From a virus (Duplodnaviria; Caudoviricetes), in the IMG/VR virus record IMGVR_UViG_3300022602_000103, positions 1 to 59,828 of that record: a stretch of 59,828 bases of DNA; one strand, 5' to 3'. Position numbers and translations under genes: made by a program. The notes under the pieces are model-generated. The model was not told the DNA's origin. It saw only the letters and a program-made list of their open reading frames with translations, and ran no database searches. Of the stretch, positions 28,433-38,637 are shown piece after piece. Within the stretch, counting starts at the first letter, position 1. Each line of letters begins with the position of its first letter.

Positions 28433-29278
28433 ATGGCTACTACACTTAATGCTGGCACTACAACAAGTACCGCTCTTGCTATAACTACAGATACGTCTGG
28501 TGCAATGGTCATCCAGACTAGTGGCGCTAATGCAATATCAATTAGTGCTTCTCAAGCAGTTACTTTAGCCAATCCTCTTCCAGTAGGATCAGGTGGTACA
28601 GGACTTACATCACTAGGCACTGGAGTCGCTACAGCCTTGGGTCAAAACACTACAGGTACTGGTGGATTAGTTTCTGCAGCAAGTCCGACATTGACAGGAA
28701 CTCCTTTAGCCCCAACTGCAACTTCTGGTACAAATACTACCCAAATAGCTACTACAGCGTTTGTTCAAACAGCCGCCACTTTAGCCGTCCCAACAGGCAC
28801 AATTAATATGTGGGCAACAGGTAGTACCCCATCAGGATACTTACTTTGTGATGGCTCTGCCGTTTCTAGAACTACTTACGCAGCATTATTTTCAGCAATT
28901 GGCACTTATTTTGGTTCTGGTAATGGTTCAACTACCTTTAATTTACCAAACTTTACGGATAGATTCCCTGCCGGTGCAGGTTATACTATTGGGTTTGCAG
29001 CAACCGGTGGTAGCAAAGATGCGGTAGTTGTAAATCATACCCATACTGCAAATTCTTATGATGCTGGACATACCCATGTGGAGCAATTTAATGGTGGCAC
29101 TTCTGGGGCTGGTAATGGTATTTCAGATAGTTCTGTTTCTGTAAGCCCAACAGCAAGCTCTGTAAGTACAGCAACTGGTTTTGCAAATATTTCTACATTT
29201 GTTGTTGCTACTGGTGTAAGTGGCACTAATGCAAACCTACCTCCATATCTTGGTCTTTATTTTATTATCAAAACATAA
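28433..29278 (+). CDS. second tail-collar domain fibre protein
   Basis: Start revised to 28433; [21 protein letters not shown]...NLPPYL..YFIIKT. Confidence 0.8.
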   Translation: MATTLNAGTTTSTALAITTDTSGAMVIQTSGANAISISASQAVTLANPLPVGSGGTGLTSLGTGVATALGQNTTGTGGLVSAASPTLTGTPLAPTATSGTNTTQIATTAFVQTAATLAVPTGTINMWATGSTPSGYLLCDGSAVSRTTYAALFSAIGTYFGSGNGSTTFNLPNFTDRFPAGAGYTIGFAATGGSKDAVVVNHTHTANSYDAGHTHVEQFNGGTSGAGNGISDSSVSVSPTASSVSTATGFANISTFVVATGVSGTNANLPPYLGLYFIIKT

Positions 29279-29331
29279 TGAACGAAATCCTCAATCATCT
29301 TCTTACTGGTAAAGATAACCACTATGACTAA
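29278..29331 (+). pseudogene. truncated gene remnant (17 aa)
   Basis: MNEILNHLLTGKDNHYD, TAATG-coupled to the fibre gene and cut short by the next gene. Confidence 0.4.
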
Positions 29332-29683
29332 TCAAACCTATATTGAAACCGCAAAAGAAGTAGCTGGTAAAGCTATTGGAAAACATGGCTTAATTTATAT
29401 CACCATTATTGTTATTGTTGGTGTTGGCGCTTCAATCGTTCTAGAAGAATCCAAAATGGCTGCTGTCATGGGTTTATTAGGTGCTTCTTTAACAGCGTTA
29501 ATTTCCATGCTAAACAATGTAGCTGGAGCTAATGATAAAGAAGAAAAGCCTGAGTTTGAAATTATGAAAGAGTTAATTGCTCGCTTAGATAGCATGGCTG
29601 ATCGTGACCCTATGTCAGTAAACGTAGACGGTGAAAAGGTAACGGTTCGTAAAGGTAGTAACGAAACCCAAATAGGAAAATGA
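29324..29683 (+). CDS. two-TM membrane protein (holin-like)
   Basis: Two hydrophobic helices, in the lysis cassette. Confidence 0.55.
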   Translation: MTNQTYIETAKEVAGKAIGKHGLIYITIIVIVGVGASIVLEESKMAAVMGLLGASLTALISMLNNVAGANDKEEKPEFEIMKELIARLDSMADRDPMSVNVDGEKVTVRKGSNETQIGK

Positions 29684-29684
29684 T

Positions 29685-30182
29685 ATGGAATGGCTTAAAC
29701 AAATTGCACCTACTATTGCTACTTGCCTTGGTGGTCCTCTTGCTGGCTTGGCTGTATCAGCAGTATCAAAAGCCTTGGGAATAGATGAATCTCAAGTACA
29801 AGACACTATAGATAGTGGTAAATTAAATTCAGATCAGATAGCCTCTATCAAACAAGCTGAGATTGAACTACAAAAATCAGCTCAAGAACTAGGTTTAAAT
29901 TTTGAGCAACTGGCTGTACAAGATCGTGCTTCTGCTCGTGATATGCAATCTCAGACTAAGTCTATTGTTCCACCTGTATTAGCGTTTGGTGTTACTTTAG
30001 GGTTCTTTGGTATTTTATTTGGTCTAATGACTGGCAAAGTAGATTCAACTAATCAAGCTTTAATGATTATGTTAGGAAGTCTTGGCACCGCTTGGGTGTC
30101 AATAATTAGTTTTTATTTTGGTTCTTCTGCTGGCTCTCAAGCAAAAGATAAATTAATCTATAACGCTACCCCTACTAAATAA
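29685..30182 (+). CDS. holin (3TM / GTA-holin-like)
   Basis: IAPTIAT.LGGP, DRASARDM, IISFYFGSS. Confidence 0.75.
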   Translation: MEWLKQIAPTIATCLGGPLAGLAVSAVSKALGIDESQVQDTIDSGKLNSDQIASIKQAEIELQKSAQELGLNFEQLAVQDRASARDMQSQTKSIVPPVLAFGVTLGFFGILFGLMTGKVDSTNQALMIMLGSLGTAWVSIISFYFGSSAGSQAKDKLIYNATPTK

Positions 30183-30328
30183 TGGATATGGTAGATGTTT
30201 TAGCTAAGATTTGGCCTATGGTTATAGGTTTTGTAGCTTTAGTCATTGCCTTGGCAAAGATGGATGTTCGCATCGGTGTACTAGAAGAAAAAGTTAAAAG
30301 TTTATTTGAGCTATGGAATAAAAAATGA
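30182..30328 (+). CDS. 48-aa single-TM coiled-coil protein
   Basis: MDMVDVLAKIWPMVIGFVALVIALAK...LEEKVK; coupled to both holin and lysin. Confidence 0.6.
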   Translation: MDMVDVLAKIWPMVIGFVALVIALAKMDVRIGVLEEKVKSLFELWNKK

Positions 30329-30918
30329 CATATGATCAACTGCAAGCGCTTGATATTGACGAAAAGTGGCTAGAGCCAATCAATGAGACTTTTCAAAAGT
30401 ACGATATTTCTACCCCCGCAAGGCAGGCTTCTTTTATAGGACAGTGCCAACATGAATCTGATAATTTTAGAACTTTGGAAGAAAACCTTCATTACTCCGC
30501 TCCTCGACTTATGGCTGTTTGGCCCAGTAGATTTCCTAGTCTTGATGTGGCTGCGCAGTATGCAAACAACCCCGAAAAGCTAGCTAACAAAATATATTCT
30601 GGGCGCATGGGTAATGGCGATGAGGAGTCTGGTGAGGGTTACGCTTACAGAGGAAGAGGTCTTATACAGATGACTGGCAAGGAGTCGTATGCAAACTGCG
30701 GATCTGGTCTGGGTGTGGATCTTGTTGGGAATCCTAATTGGTTGGTTGATCCTAAATATGCGGCTCTAAGCGCTGGTTGGTTCTGGAACAAAAAAGGACT
30801 AAACAGCTTGGCAGACGTGCAAGATTACGAGACAATGACTAAAAGAATTAATGGGGGCTTAAATGGTTTAGATGACCGCAAAGCCAAAATTGCGAAAGCA
30901 CTATCCGTATTAGGGTAA
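30325..30918 (+). CDS. endolysin, glycoside hydrolase family 19
   Basis: QCQHES, EENLHYS, YRGRGLIQMTGK, TKRINGG.NGLDDR. Confidence 0.9.
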   Translation: MTYDQLQALDIDEKWLEPINETFQKYDISTPARQASFIGQCQHESDNFRTLEENLHYSAPRLMAVWPSRFPSLDVAAQYANNPEKLANKIYSGRMGNGDEESGEGYAYRGRGLIQMTGKESYANCGSGLGVDLVGNPNWLVDPKYAALSAGWFWNKKGLNSLADVQDYETMTKRINGGLNGLDDRKAKIAKALSVLG

Positions 30919-30924
30919 TCCCGT

Positions 30925-33417
30925 ATGCCATTACAGAAACTACAATTTAGACCTGGTCTTAACCGAGAAGGCACTATCTACTCTAATGAGGGTGGCTGGT
31001 ATGACGGAGATAAGGTGCGGTTTCGTTCTGGACTTGCTGAAAAAATAGGTGGCTGGACGCAGTTTTCCCCCAACGTATTTATTGGTATTTGTCGTTCTAT
31101 TTGGGTATGGTCAGATGGTGATGCGGGCGTTGGCAACCTTTATACTGGGCTTGGAACCAATATTAAATACTATATCTATTCTGCTGGTATTTATAACGAT
31201 ATTACTCCAATTATTCAAACTGATACACTTACAAATCCGTTTCAAACTACTCTTGATTCGACCACCGTTACAGTAACAGACCCATCTTATAACCCTAATA
31301 TCGGGGACTATGTAATATTTTCTGGGGGTTCTATAGTAGGCGGGCTTACTATTACTGGTGAATATGTAGTAACAGCGATTACCGGTGTATCAAGTTATAC
31401 AATTCAATCTATAAACCCAGCTACATCTACAGCTACCGGTGGTGGAACTGTTACAGTTCAATACGAATATCCAAAAGGGGCAGAAATTTTTAGCGTTGGT
31501 ACTGGTTGGGGCGCAGGTCCTTGGTCTCCTACCAATTTGGTTACATTGCCTAACAATCCGTTTACAACAACGGCTGGTAGTAATGTAGTTATAGTTAATC
31601 AACCTAATCATGGATTAACTACTGGGCAATATGTTGCGTTTACTAATGTATCTACATTGGTTACGCCTAATATAACCTATGGTTTTACACCAAGTACCTA
31701 TAGTATTTCAGCCCCTAGGGGTATGAGTATGAATGCTTTAATATTTGATACTGTGCCAAATAACTATTTAAATGGCACGTTCCAAATTACTTATGTAGAT
31801 GCAAACACATATACCATTACTATGCAAAAAACAGCTATTACCGGAATTGTCGGTGGTGGAACTAATGTAATTGTATATCCGCAGTATGGTACTCGTGGTT
31901 GGGGCGATGCATACGTTACTGGTATTGGATCACAACTAAGGCTTTGGTCTAGCGATAACTATGGTGCAGATCTTGTTATTGCTCCACGTGGCGGCGGTAT
32001 TTTTTACTGGTCAGATGCTGGAACAGTAGCTCAGAGAGCCAAACCACTATCTACTGTTGCTAATTCAACTACTGCGGTCACTGATGCATCTACATTTGGC
32101 TCTGGCGCAACATCTATTACTGTTACTTCAGCTAATGCGCCATATATTTACCCGTACATGGTTATTACTGGTACTGGAATCCCGACTGGCACTAAAGTTG
32201 CTTCTAATTATATTACTGGCGCTACAACAGTACCAATTACTACTACTACTACTAGTTCTAGCTCTAACAACTATAACTTTTCTTATGCTGGCGCATATGT
32301 GCCAATTGATACGTATCAAGTAATTACTTCGGAAGTTCAAGAATTTGTTATTGCTTTTGGCGCTAATAACTATGTGCCTGGAAATGCAAATTCACCGTTT
32401 AACCCAATGTTAGTACGTTGGTCAGATCAAGCTAATCAATTTCAATGGGTACCAGAACTAACTAACCAGTCAGGCGAATATACCCTAACTAACGGCTCTT
32501 TCATTATGGGCGCACGAGCAACCCGCCAAGAAATTTTGGTATGGACTGATTCAGCTATTTATTCTATGCAGTATATTGGCGCTCCTTATGTTTGGGGCTT
32601 CCAAATCTTGATGGATAACATTTCTATCATGTCGCCTAATTGCATGATTACGGTCAATAACATAACGTACTGGATGGGTAAAGACCGCTTTTATATGTAT
32701 GACGGATCAGTAAAAACCTTACCTTGTTCATTAAAACAATACATCTTTGAAGACATTAATCAAGACCAAGCCTACCAAGTATTTGCAGGGGCTAATGAAG
32801 GATTTAATGAAATTTGGTGGTTCTATTGTTCTGTTGATGGTAATGGCGGTACCCGTGCAAACCCTAATAATGCGGTAGATAAATACGTCATTTATAACTA
32901 TTTAGATCAAGTTTGGTACTACGGCACTATGGCTAGAACGGCTTGGTTGCAAACTGGTACGCAACCTTATCCTATTGCTGCTGACTATAATAACCGTCTT
33001 TTAAACCATGAAAATGGTAATGATGATCTGTCTACCGCAGTTACTTTGCCTATAGACGCATACATTCAGTCTTCTGATTTTGATATTGGTGATGGACAGC
33101 AGTTTGGTTTTGTATGGCGTATGTTGCCAGACGTAAATTTTAATAGCTCTACTACTAATCAGCCTTCAATAACAATGCAATTGCTGCCACGCCAAAACTC
33201 AGGTAGTGTCTACAATACATCCGTTGATAATCTACAAGTTCAAAGTCCACAAAACTTTACTAACATCCCAGCGTACACAGTCAATCAATTTACTGGTCAG
33301 GTATATACCCGTGTGCGGGGGCGTCAAATGGCTATTCGGATTGAGTCTACTGGCACTGGAGTAGCTTGGCAGTTGGGCGCTCCTCGTATAGATATTAGAC
33401 CTGATGGACGCAGATAA
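30925..33417 (+). CDS. tail nozzle / tubular protein B-like (P22 gp10-like)
   Basis: 830 aa beta-rich; VRWSDQ, EIWWFY, C-terminal RVRGRQ...IRPDGRR. Confidence 0.65.
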   Translation: MPLQKLQFRPGLNREGTIYSNEGGWYDGDKVRFRSGLAEKIGGWTQFSPNVFIGICRSIWVWSDGDAGVGNLYTGLGTNIKYYIYSAGIYNDITPIIQTDTLTNPFQTTLDSTTVTVTDPSYNPNIGDYVIFSGGSIVGGLTITGEYVVTAITGVSSYTIQSINPATSTATGGGTVTVQYEYPKGAEIFSVGTGWGAGPWSPTNLVTLPNNPFTTTAGSNVVIVNQPNHGLTTGQYVAFTNVSTLVTPNITYGFTPSTYSISAPRGMSMNALIFDTVPNNYLNGTFQITYVDANTYTITMQKTAITGIVGGGTNVIVYPQYGTRGWGDAYVTGIGSQLRLWSSDNYGADLVIAPRGGGIFYWSDAGTVAQRAKPLSTVANSTTAVTDASTFGSGATSITVTSANAPYIYPYMVITGTGIPTGTKVASNYITGATTVPITTTTTSSSSNNYNFSYAGAYVPIDTYQVITSEVQEFVIAFGANNYVPGNANSPFNPMLVRWSDQANQFQWVPELTNQSGEYTLTNGSFIMGARATRQEILVWTDSAIYSMQYIGAPYVWGFQILMDNISIMSPNCMITVNNITYWMGKDRFYMYDGSVKTLPCSLKQYIFEDINQDQAYQVFAGANEGFNEIWWFYCSVDGNGGTRANPNNAVDKYVIYNYLDQVWYYGTMARTAWLQTGTQPYPIAADYNNRLLNHENGNDDLSTAVTLPIDAYIQSSDFDIGDGQQFGFVWRMLPDVNFNSSTTNQPSITMQLLPRQNSGSVYNTSVDNLQVQSPQNFTNIPAYTVNQFTGQVYTRVRGRQMAIRIESTGTGVAWQLGAPRIDIRPDGRR

Positions 33418-33719
33418 TGACTATTCCAGATTATCAATCCTATAACGGCACTCCATTAAATCCAGCGCCGCCAAACTTACAAAATGCGCCACAAAGCTAT
33501 AGTGCCGAGTTTGAAAACCGTTTACTAAACCAATTACGTTTGTACTTTAACCAGCTAAATAACTATACACAGGCTACAGCAGCCCCAGATTACGGCAAAA
33601 CAACCCAAAGACCTACTGCTAATCAACAAATTGGTCAGTTTTACTTTGATACAACTCTTGGGTATCCTATATGGTGGAACGGTACTAAATGGGTAAACTA
33701 TAATGGCACAGTAGTATGA
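33417..33719 (+). CDS. small tail protein
   Basis: LRLYFNQL; RP...GQFYFDTTLG.PIWWNG. Confidence 0.6.
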   Translation: MTIPDYQSYNGTPLNPAPPNLQNAPQSYSAEFENRLLNQLRLYFNQLNNYTQATAAPDYGKTTQRPTANQQIGQFYFDTTLGYPIWWNGTKWVNYNGTVV

Positions 33720-34108
33720 ACAAACTTTTATATACCCCCCATAAACGCATAGAGTCTTTAATGCCTCAGCTGCGGGCTGCTCCCCAAGTAGACTGTATTG
33801 AAAAACATCATTTTGGCCCAGGGATATATGTAAAAGAAGTCACAATGCCCGCTGGCTCTGTGATTGTAGGGAAACCCCATAAAGTAGAACATTTATGCGT
33901 CATGCTACAAGGACGTATGAAATTAGTAAAAGAAGACGGTGAAGTTATAGAAGTTAGCGCCCCTGCTACATTTGTAGGTAAACCTGGGCGTAAAATAGCT
34001 TATATCATTGAAACAGTAGTATTTCAGAATATTTATGCAACCGATGAAACTGATGTAGAAAAGTTAGAACTGATGTTTATCGAGACTCCAGCATTGGAAG
34101 GAAACTAA
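33716..34108 (+). CDS. cupin-fold protein
   Basis: HHF.PGIY.KE...PAG...GK.HK.EH. Confidence 0.6.
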   Translation: MNKLLYTPHKRIESLMPQLRAAPQVDCIEKHHFGPGIYVKEVTMPAGSVIVGKPHKVEHLCVMLQGRMKLVKEDGEVIEVSAPATFVGKPGRKIAYIIETVVFQNIYATDETDVEKLELMFIETPALEGN

Positions 34109-34109
34109 T

Positions 34110-35573
34110 ATGGCATTCGTTGACGCAGCTTTAGCAGTTGGTACATTTGTAGGAGCTGATGCTCTTGGCGCTGGTGCAGCTACTTTAATTGGTGGTGGAC
34201 TTATGGGCGCTGGCGCAGGTGCTCTTTTTGGTGGACTTACTGGTGGCAACATTGGGCAAGACGCATTAAAAGGCGCTGGGATTGGGGCTTTAGGTGCTGG
34301 GGCTGCTTCTGCTATGGGTGCTGGCGCCGCTAGTGCCGCTGAACCTCTTGCCGCTGCTGGTCCTGCCGCTACTACTTATTCAACTGCTATGGGTGAAATG
34401 GCTACCGCACCTTCAGCTACTAGTGCTTTTAGTCCATATGCTCAAGCTTTAGGTTCTTCTGCGGAAACAACCGCAGCAAATGCTGGTGAGTATATGAATG
34501 CTATTGGTCAAGCTGGTAATGCTCCTATTGTTTCTGACGCTGCATCTGCGGCTCTTAATGCTGGTTCTGGCTCATCATTAGGGTCTGGTTTTAGTCAAGC
34601 TTTAAGTTGGATGGGGCAACATCCTGGAATTACTGCAGCTGGGGGGCTTTTAGGTATTTCAGCTTTAGGTGGTACTAAACCAACTACATTCCAAACTCCA
34701 GGCCAAACAACAATGAATACTGGGTACTTTAAATTAGACCCTTCAAAGTTTCAACCTACTAGAATGCAGCCTACAACCCCATTAGGTGGTTTTAAACCAA
34801 CTTATCCTGATTATGTTGCTAACCCTTATCAACCTACTCAAGGTTACGCACAAGGTGGAATTGCTAGTTTTAGTGCTGGTGGTGATGCAATGAGTAAGTA
34901 CAGAGACTACCAGGATACTGCTCAAATGCTTAATAGCTACGAGTCTATGTTAACTGGACAACCAGCAATGGGCAGTTCTTATGCGCAACAACCTGTGCCA
35001 AGTTATATAAGTAATCCAACTATACCAGCTGATAATCAATTAATTGATGCAAATACTAAAGGTATGTCTCCTTATGATGCAGCTAAATATCGCTTAGCGC
35101 AATCGTACGCAAGTGCGGGAGCACCAACTAATGCTGGTATTGGGCTTGCAAATAGAGCTAATCCTTCTTATGGACAAGTAAATACAGACCCTGCTATGGT
35201 TCAAGCAGCTATGGCAGCTCAGCAACAACAAGTACAAGGCGCTGCGCAAGGCGGTATTATGGGTTATGCAGGTGGTGGACAAACAGAATATAGCTTAGGA
35301 GGCTACGCAGATGGTGGTAACCCCCGTTTACTTAAAGGTCCTGGCGACGGCATGTCTGATAATATTCCTGCCACTATTGCTGGTAGGCAGCCTGCTCGTT
35401 TGGCTGATGGAGAATTTGTTGTTCCTGCGGATGTGGTTTCTCATCTCGGTAATGGTTCTACTGACGCTGGTGCTAAAAAGTTACATAGCATGATGGATAA
35501 AGTACGGATGTCTCGTACAGGTAAAAAGAAACAAGCACCACAAGTAAAAACGGATAAATTTATTCCAACATGA
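34110..35573 (+). CDS. internal virion/ejection protein
   Basis: Gly/Ala-rich hydrophobic N-terminus, AxGG motifs, C-terminal GPGDGMSDNIPA...LADGEFVVPA domain. Confidence 0.65.
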   Translation: MAFVDAALAVGTFVGADALGAGAATLIGGGLMGAGAGALFGGLTGGNIGQDALKGAGIGALGAGAASAMGAGAASAAEPLAAAGPAATTYSTAMGEMATAPSATSAFSPYAQALGSSAETTAANAGEYMNAIGQAGNAPIVSDAASAALNAGSGSSLGSGFSQALSWMGQHPGITAAGGLLGISALGGTKPTTFQTPGQTTMNTGYFKLDPSKFQPTRMQPTTPLGGFKPTYPDYVANPYQPTQGYAQGGIASFSAGGDAMSKYRDYQDTAQMLNSYESMLTGQPAMGSSYAQQPVPSYISNPTIPADNQLIDANTKGMSPYDAAKYRLAQSYASAGAPTNAGIGLANRANPSYGQVNTDPAMVQAAMAAQQQQVQGAAQGGIMGYAGGGQTEYSLGGYADGGNPRLLKGPGDGMSDNIPATIAGRQPARLADGEFVVPADVVSHLGNGSTDAGAKKLHSMMDKVRMSRTGKKKQAPQVKTDKFIPT

Positions 35574-35989
35574 GTTTAGAGATTAGAAAGGTAAGCATTG
35601 AAAATATTGCGCAAATCTTTCCGTCAGTTAAAAGTTATATTGAACAAGGTTTAAAACGCTCAGACGATTGTACGATTGATCAAGTAAAACTTTATTTGAT
35701 GAACGGGTCTTGGGAATTGTTAGTTGTAGTAGATGAAAAGAATGCAATTAATGGTTGTTATGTTTTATCGCTAGTGAATTCTCCTAATGATAGAACTGCT
35801 ATGATTGTATCGGCGGCTGGAAAAGGGTTAGCTGGTCAAGAAATATTTGACCAAGTTTGTATGTATGTAAAAGGATTAGGAGCTACTAGGATACAAGCAT
35901 TAGCTAGTGAATCAGCAGCTCGCTTGTATAAACGTGTTGGCTTAACTGAAAAAGCAATTTTGGTGGAGAAAAAATTATGGGTGGAATAG
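35570..35989 (+). CDS. GNAT-fold-like tail assembly protein
   Basis: C-terminal A..LYKRVG GNAT-like motif, between ejection genes. Confidence 0.5.
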   Translation: MSLEIRKVSIENIAQIFPSVKSYIEQGLKRSDDCTIDQVKLYLMNGSWELLVVVDEKNAINGCYVLSLVNSPNDRTAMIVSAAGKGLAGQEIFDQVCMYVKGLGATRIQALASESAARLYKRVGLTEKAILVEKKLWVE

Positions 35990-38637
35990 TAAATTCAATT
36001 TTTGGCGGTGGGGGCGGTGGCGGTGGCGGCTCTCAACAAGCTGCACCCCAACAAACTAGTAGCAACGTATATCAAACAAATATACCTGATTATGCACAGC
36101 CTTATGTGCAGAACATGCTCAATGCTACTCAAGCTCAATTATTTAATACTGATTCTAGTGGCAACATAACAGGGTTTAATCAATACCAGCCATACACTGG
36201 TATGACTCAAGATCAATTAACTGCAGCGCAATCTGCTGTAGCTGGGTTTTCACCGCTCCAACAACAAGCTCAATCTTCCGCCGCTAACTTACAAGTGCCT
36301 GGTCAATATGGCGCTGCTACTGGTCAAACTATGCGCGGTATTATGGGGGCTAACCAGATAGGTAGACAAATGCAAGGTCTTGCTGCGTCTGCTACTCCGC
36401 AAGATTTTCAAAATCAAGTAGGTGGTTATATGAACCCCTACATTCAACAATCTTTAGCCCCACAATTACAACTAGCTAACCAACAATATGGTATGGCTGG
36501 ACAACAGATGGCTGGTCAAGCTACTGGTGCTGGTGCTTTTGGTGGGTCTCGTAATGCGTTGCAACAAAGTTTAAATCAACAGAATCAAATGTTGGCGCAA
36601 AACCAATTAATTAGCCAAGGCTATAACACCGCATTTACTGCAGCGCAAAACCAGTATAACCAAAGCGGTGCGTTCCAATTACAAGGTTTACAAGGTGCGC
36701 TTGGCGCACAGCAACAAGGTATGGCTGGTGCAGCTCAGTTAGGTAGTTTAGGTCAAGCTCAGCTTGCAGCACAACAAGGCATTCTTGGTACACAAAACCA
36801 ATTGGGTGCGCAACAACAGGCTAATGCTCAACAAGTTATTAACCAAGGTATTCAGAACTACGCTACTGCACAGCAGTATCCACTCATGCAGTTGGGTACT
36901 ATGTCTAATATGTTGCGTGGTCTACCATTGCAATCATCTACTACTCAATCTTATCAAGCTGCGCCTAGCGCATTAACCCAAGCTGTGGGCGCTGCAGGTA
37001 CTGGTGCTATGTTGGGTTCTATGTATGCTGCTAAAGGCGGACTACTTAAAACTAAAAAAATGGCAGCTGGTGGTATAGCTAGCTATGGCGCTGGCGATAT
37101 TGTTGAAAGCACTGAGTCTGATTTAGAACAAATGCCTAGTAATGCTTTAAATAAAGAACTGGCTTCAACTACAAGCGACTTAGTTAAATCTAAAATCCGT
37201 GGCATCTTACAAGCTCGTGCTGGCGCACAATATGCGGGCGGTGGCATTATTGCATTTGCTGATGGTAATGATGGTCAAGCTATTAGTGCTGACCCAGCTA
37301 TGGTTCGTCAAGCTTATGTTGATGCTGCTAATTTACAAGCTGCACAAAACCCTCCTTCAGATACCCCTGTTGCTCCAACTAATACTTCTAGATTTAGCCA
37401 AATGGGTCCTCAGACTTCTAGATTTAGTCCGCAAGGTATTACTGCAGCAGCACCTACTGATCCCAATGCGCCAGTTTTAGCTGGTCGTGGTGTTCCAGTA
37501 CAACCAACTATTAGTCCTCGTATGCAAGCTGCTTTGGCTGATCAAGCTAGAACGCAGCAAGTTCAAACTCCTCCTGCAGCTTCTGGGTCACTTGGGCTAA
37601 CTCCTAATGAGTCAGTAGTTCAACCTAACGCTGCCCCTGCTCCAGTTGCTGCTGCCCCAGCTGGTGTTAAAGCCGCTCCTAGCCCAGAACAAACAGTTAC
37701 TGCGGTTCAAAAACAAGCTACTAACCAAACTATTGCAAGAGCTACTGATCCTACTTCAACCAGTTGGATGGACTTATTATTACCAAAAGACAAAAGCGAA
37801 ACTATTAAACAGTACTTAGCTGAAAAAGAAAAGTATGTTGGTCCTGATACTTCTGAAGCAAATAAAGCGTCTTTAGAAGCTCGTAAAGAGCGTGAGCAAA
37901 AGTCCTATGACCAAATGGATAAATTAGTCAAAGCACAGATGTTTGCAAAAATGGGTACAACTCCTGGTTCATTATTAACTGCTGCTTTAACTGGGTTTCA
38001 AGCTGGCGTACCAGCTTTAGTTTCTAACATTCAAAAACGCGATGAAATTATGAATCAGATTGATGATTCTATTATGAACATTGATAAAGCTAAGCGTTTA
38101 GAACGTGCTGGTAATTTTGATGAATCTTATAAGTTTGCAGATAAAGGCATAGATCAATCCATCCAAGCTCATAAAGCATTATGGGAACACATGGATAAAC
38201 AAGCTGAAGTTAGTGCTAAATTTGCGCAAACTGGTTTAGATAAAAGTATCTTGCAGTATCAAAAAGCTCAAGGTCAGTACCAAACCGAAGTAGAAAAAAT
38301 AGCTACTGAAAAACAAAAAGATACTCAGTATGGTATGGATAAACGCATGCAAGAGATGTATGCTACTCGCCTTAAACAAAATCCTAACGATACAGAAGCA
38401 AAAACTAAATACGATGAAATTTCTAGAAGAATAGCACCTAAAGAAACTGATTGGAATAATCGTATAAATGAAATTCGTGAGTATAGAGATAGGTTTGATA
38501 CAGGCAGAGTTCCTCCAAAACAAGGAATTACTCAAGCTGCGCCTCAACAAAATATGCCGTTGTATGCATCTAATGGAAAAGATCGTATAGTATCTAATGA
38601 TGGTGGTAGAACATGGCAACCTGTCGGAGTTAAATAA
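35977..38637 (+). CDS. ejection (DNA transfer) protein
   Basis: Gln/Gly/Ala-rich; YMNPY and GAFGGSR motifs. Confidence 0.65.
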   Translation: MGGIVNSIFGGGGGGGGGSQQAAPQQTSSNVYQTNIPDYAQPYVQNMLNATQAQLFNTDSSGNITGFNQYQPYTGMTQDQLTAAQSAVAGFSPLQQQAQSSAANLQVPGQYGAATGQTMRGIMGANQIGRQMQGLAASATPQDFQNQVGGYMNPYIQQSLAPQLQLANQQYGMAGQQMAGQATGAGAFGGSRNALQQSLNQQNQMLAQNQLISQGYNTAFTAAQNQYNQSGAFQLQGLQGALGAQQQGMAGAAQLGSLGQAQLAAQQGILGTQNQLGAQQQANAQQVINQGIQNYATAQQYPLMQLGTMSNMLRGLPLQSSTTQSYQAAPSALTQAVGAAGTGAMLGSMYAAKGGLLKTKKMAAGGIASYGAGDIVESTESDLEQMPSNALNKELASTTSDLVKSKIRGILQARAGAQYAGGGIIAFADGNDGQAISADPAMVRQAYVDAANLQAAQNPPSDTPVAPTNTSRFSQMGPQTSRFSPQGITAAAPTDPNAPVLAGRGVPVQPTISPRMQAALADQARTQQVQTPPAASGSLGLTPNESVVQPNAAPAPVAAAPAGVKAAPSPEQTVTAVQKQATNQTIARATDPTSTSWMDLLLPKDKSETIKQYLAEKEKYVGPDTSEANKASLEARKEREQKSYDQMDKLVKAQMFAKMGTTPGSLLTAALTGFQAGVPALVSNIQKRDEIMNQIDDSIMNIDKAKRLERAGNFDESYKFADKGIDQSIQAHKALWEHMDKQAEVSAKFAQTGLDKSILQYQKAQGQYQTEVEKIATEKQKDTQYGMDKRMQEMYATRLKQNPNDTEAKTKYDEISRRIAPKETDWNNRINEIREYRDRFDTGRVPPKQGITQAAPQQNMPLYASNGKDRIVSNDGGRTWQPVGVK

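Noticed and set aside
28005-29175. Diversity-generating retroelement TR/VR pair in the fibre genes
   Set aside because: Differences are mostly synonymous and not adenine-specific, both copies are coding, and no reverse transcriptase is present.
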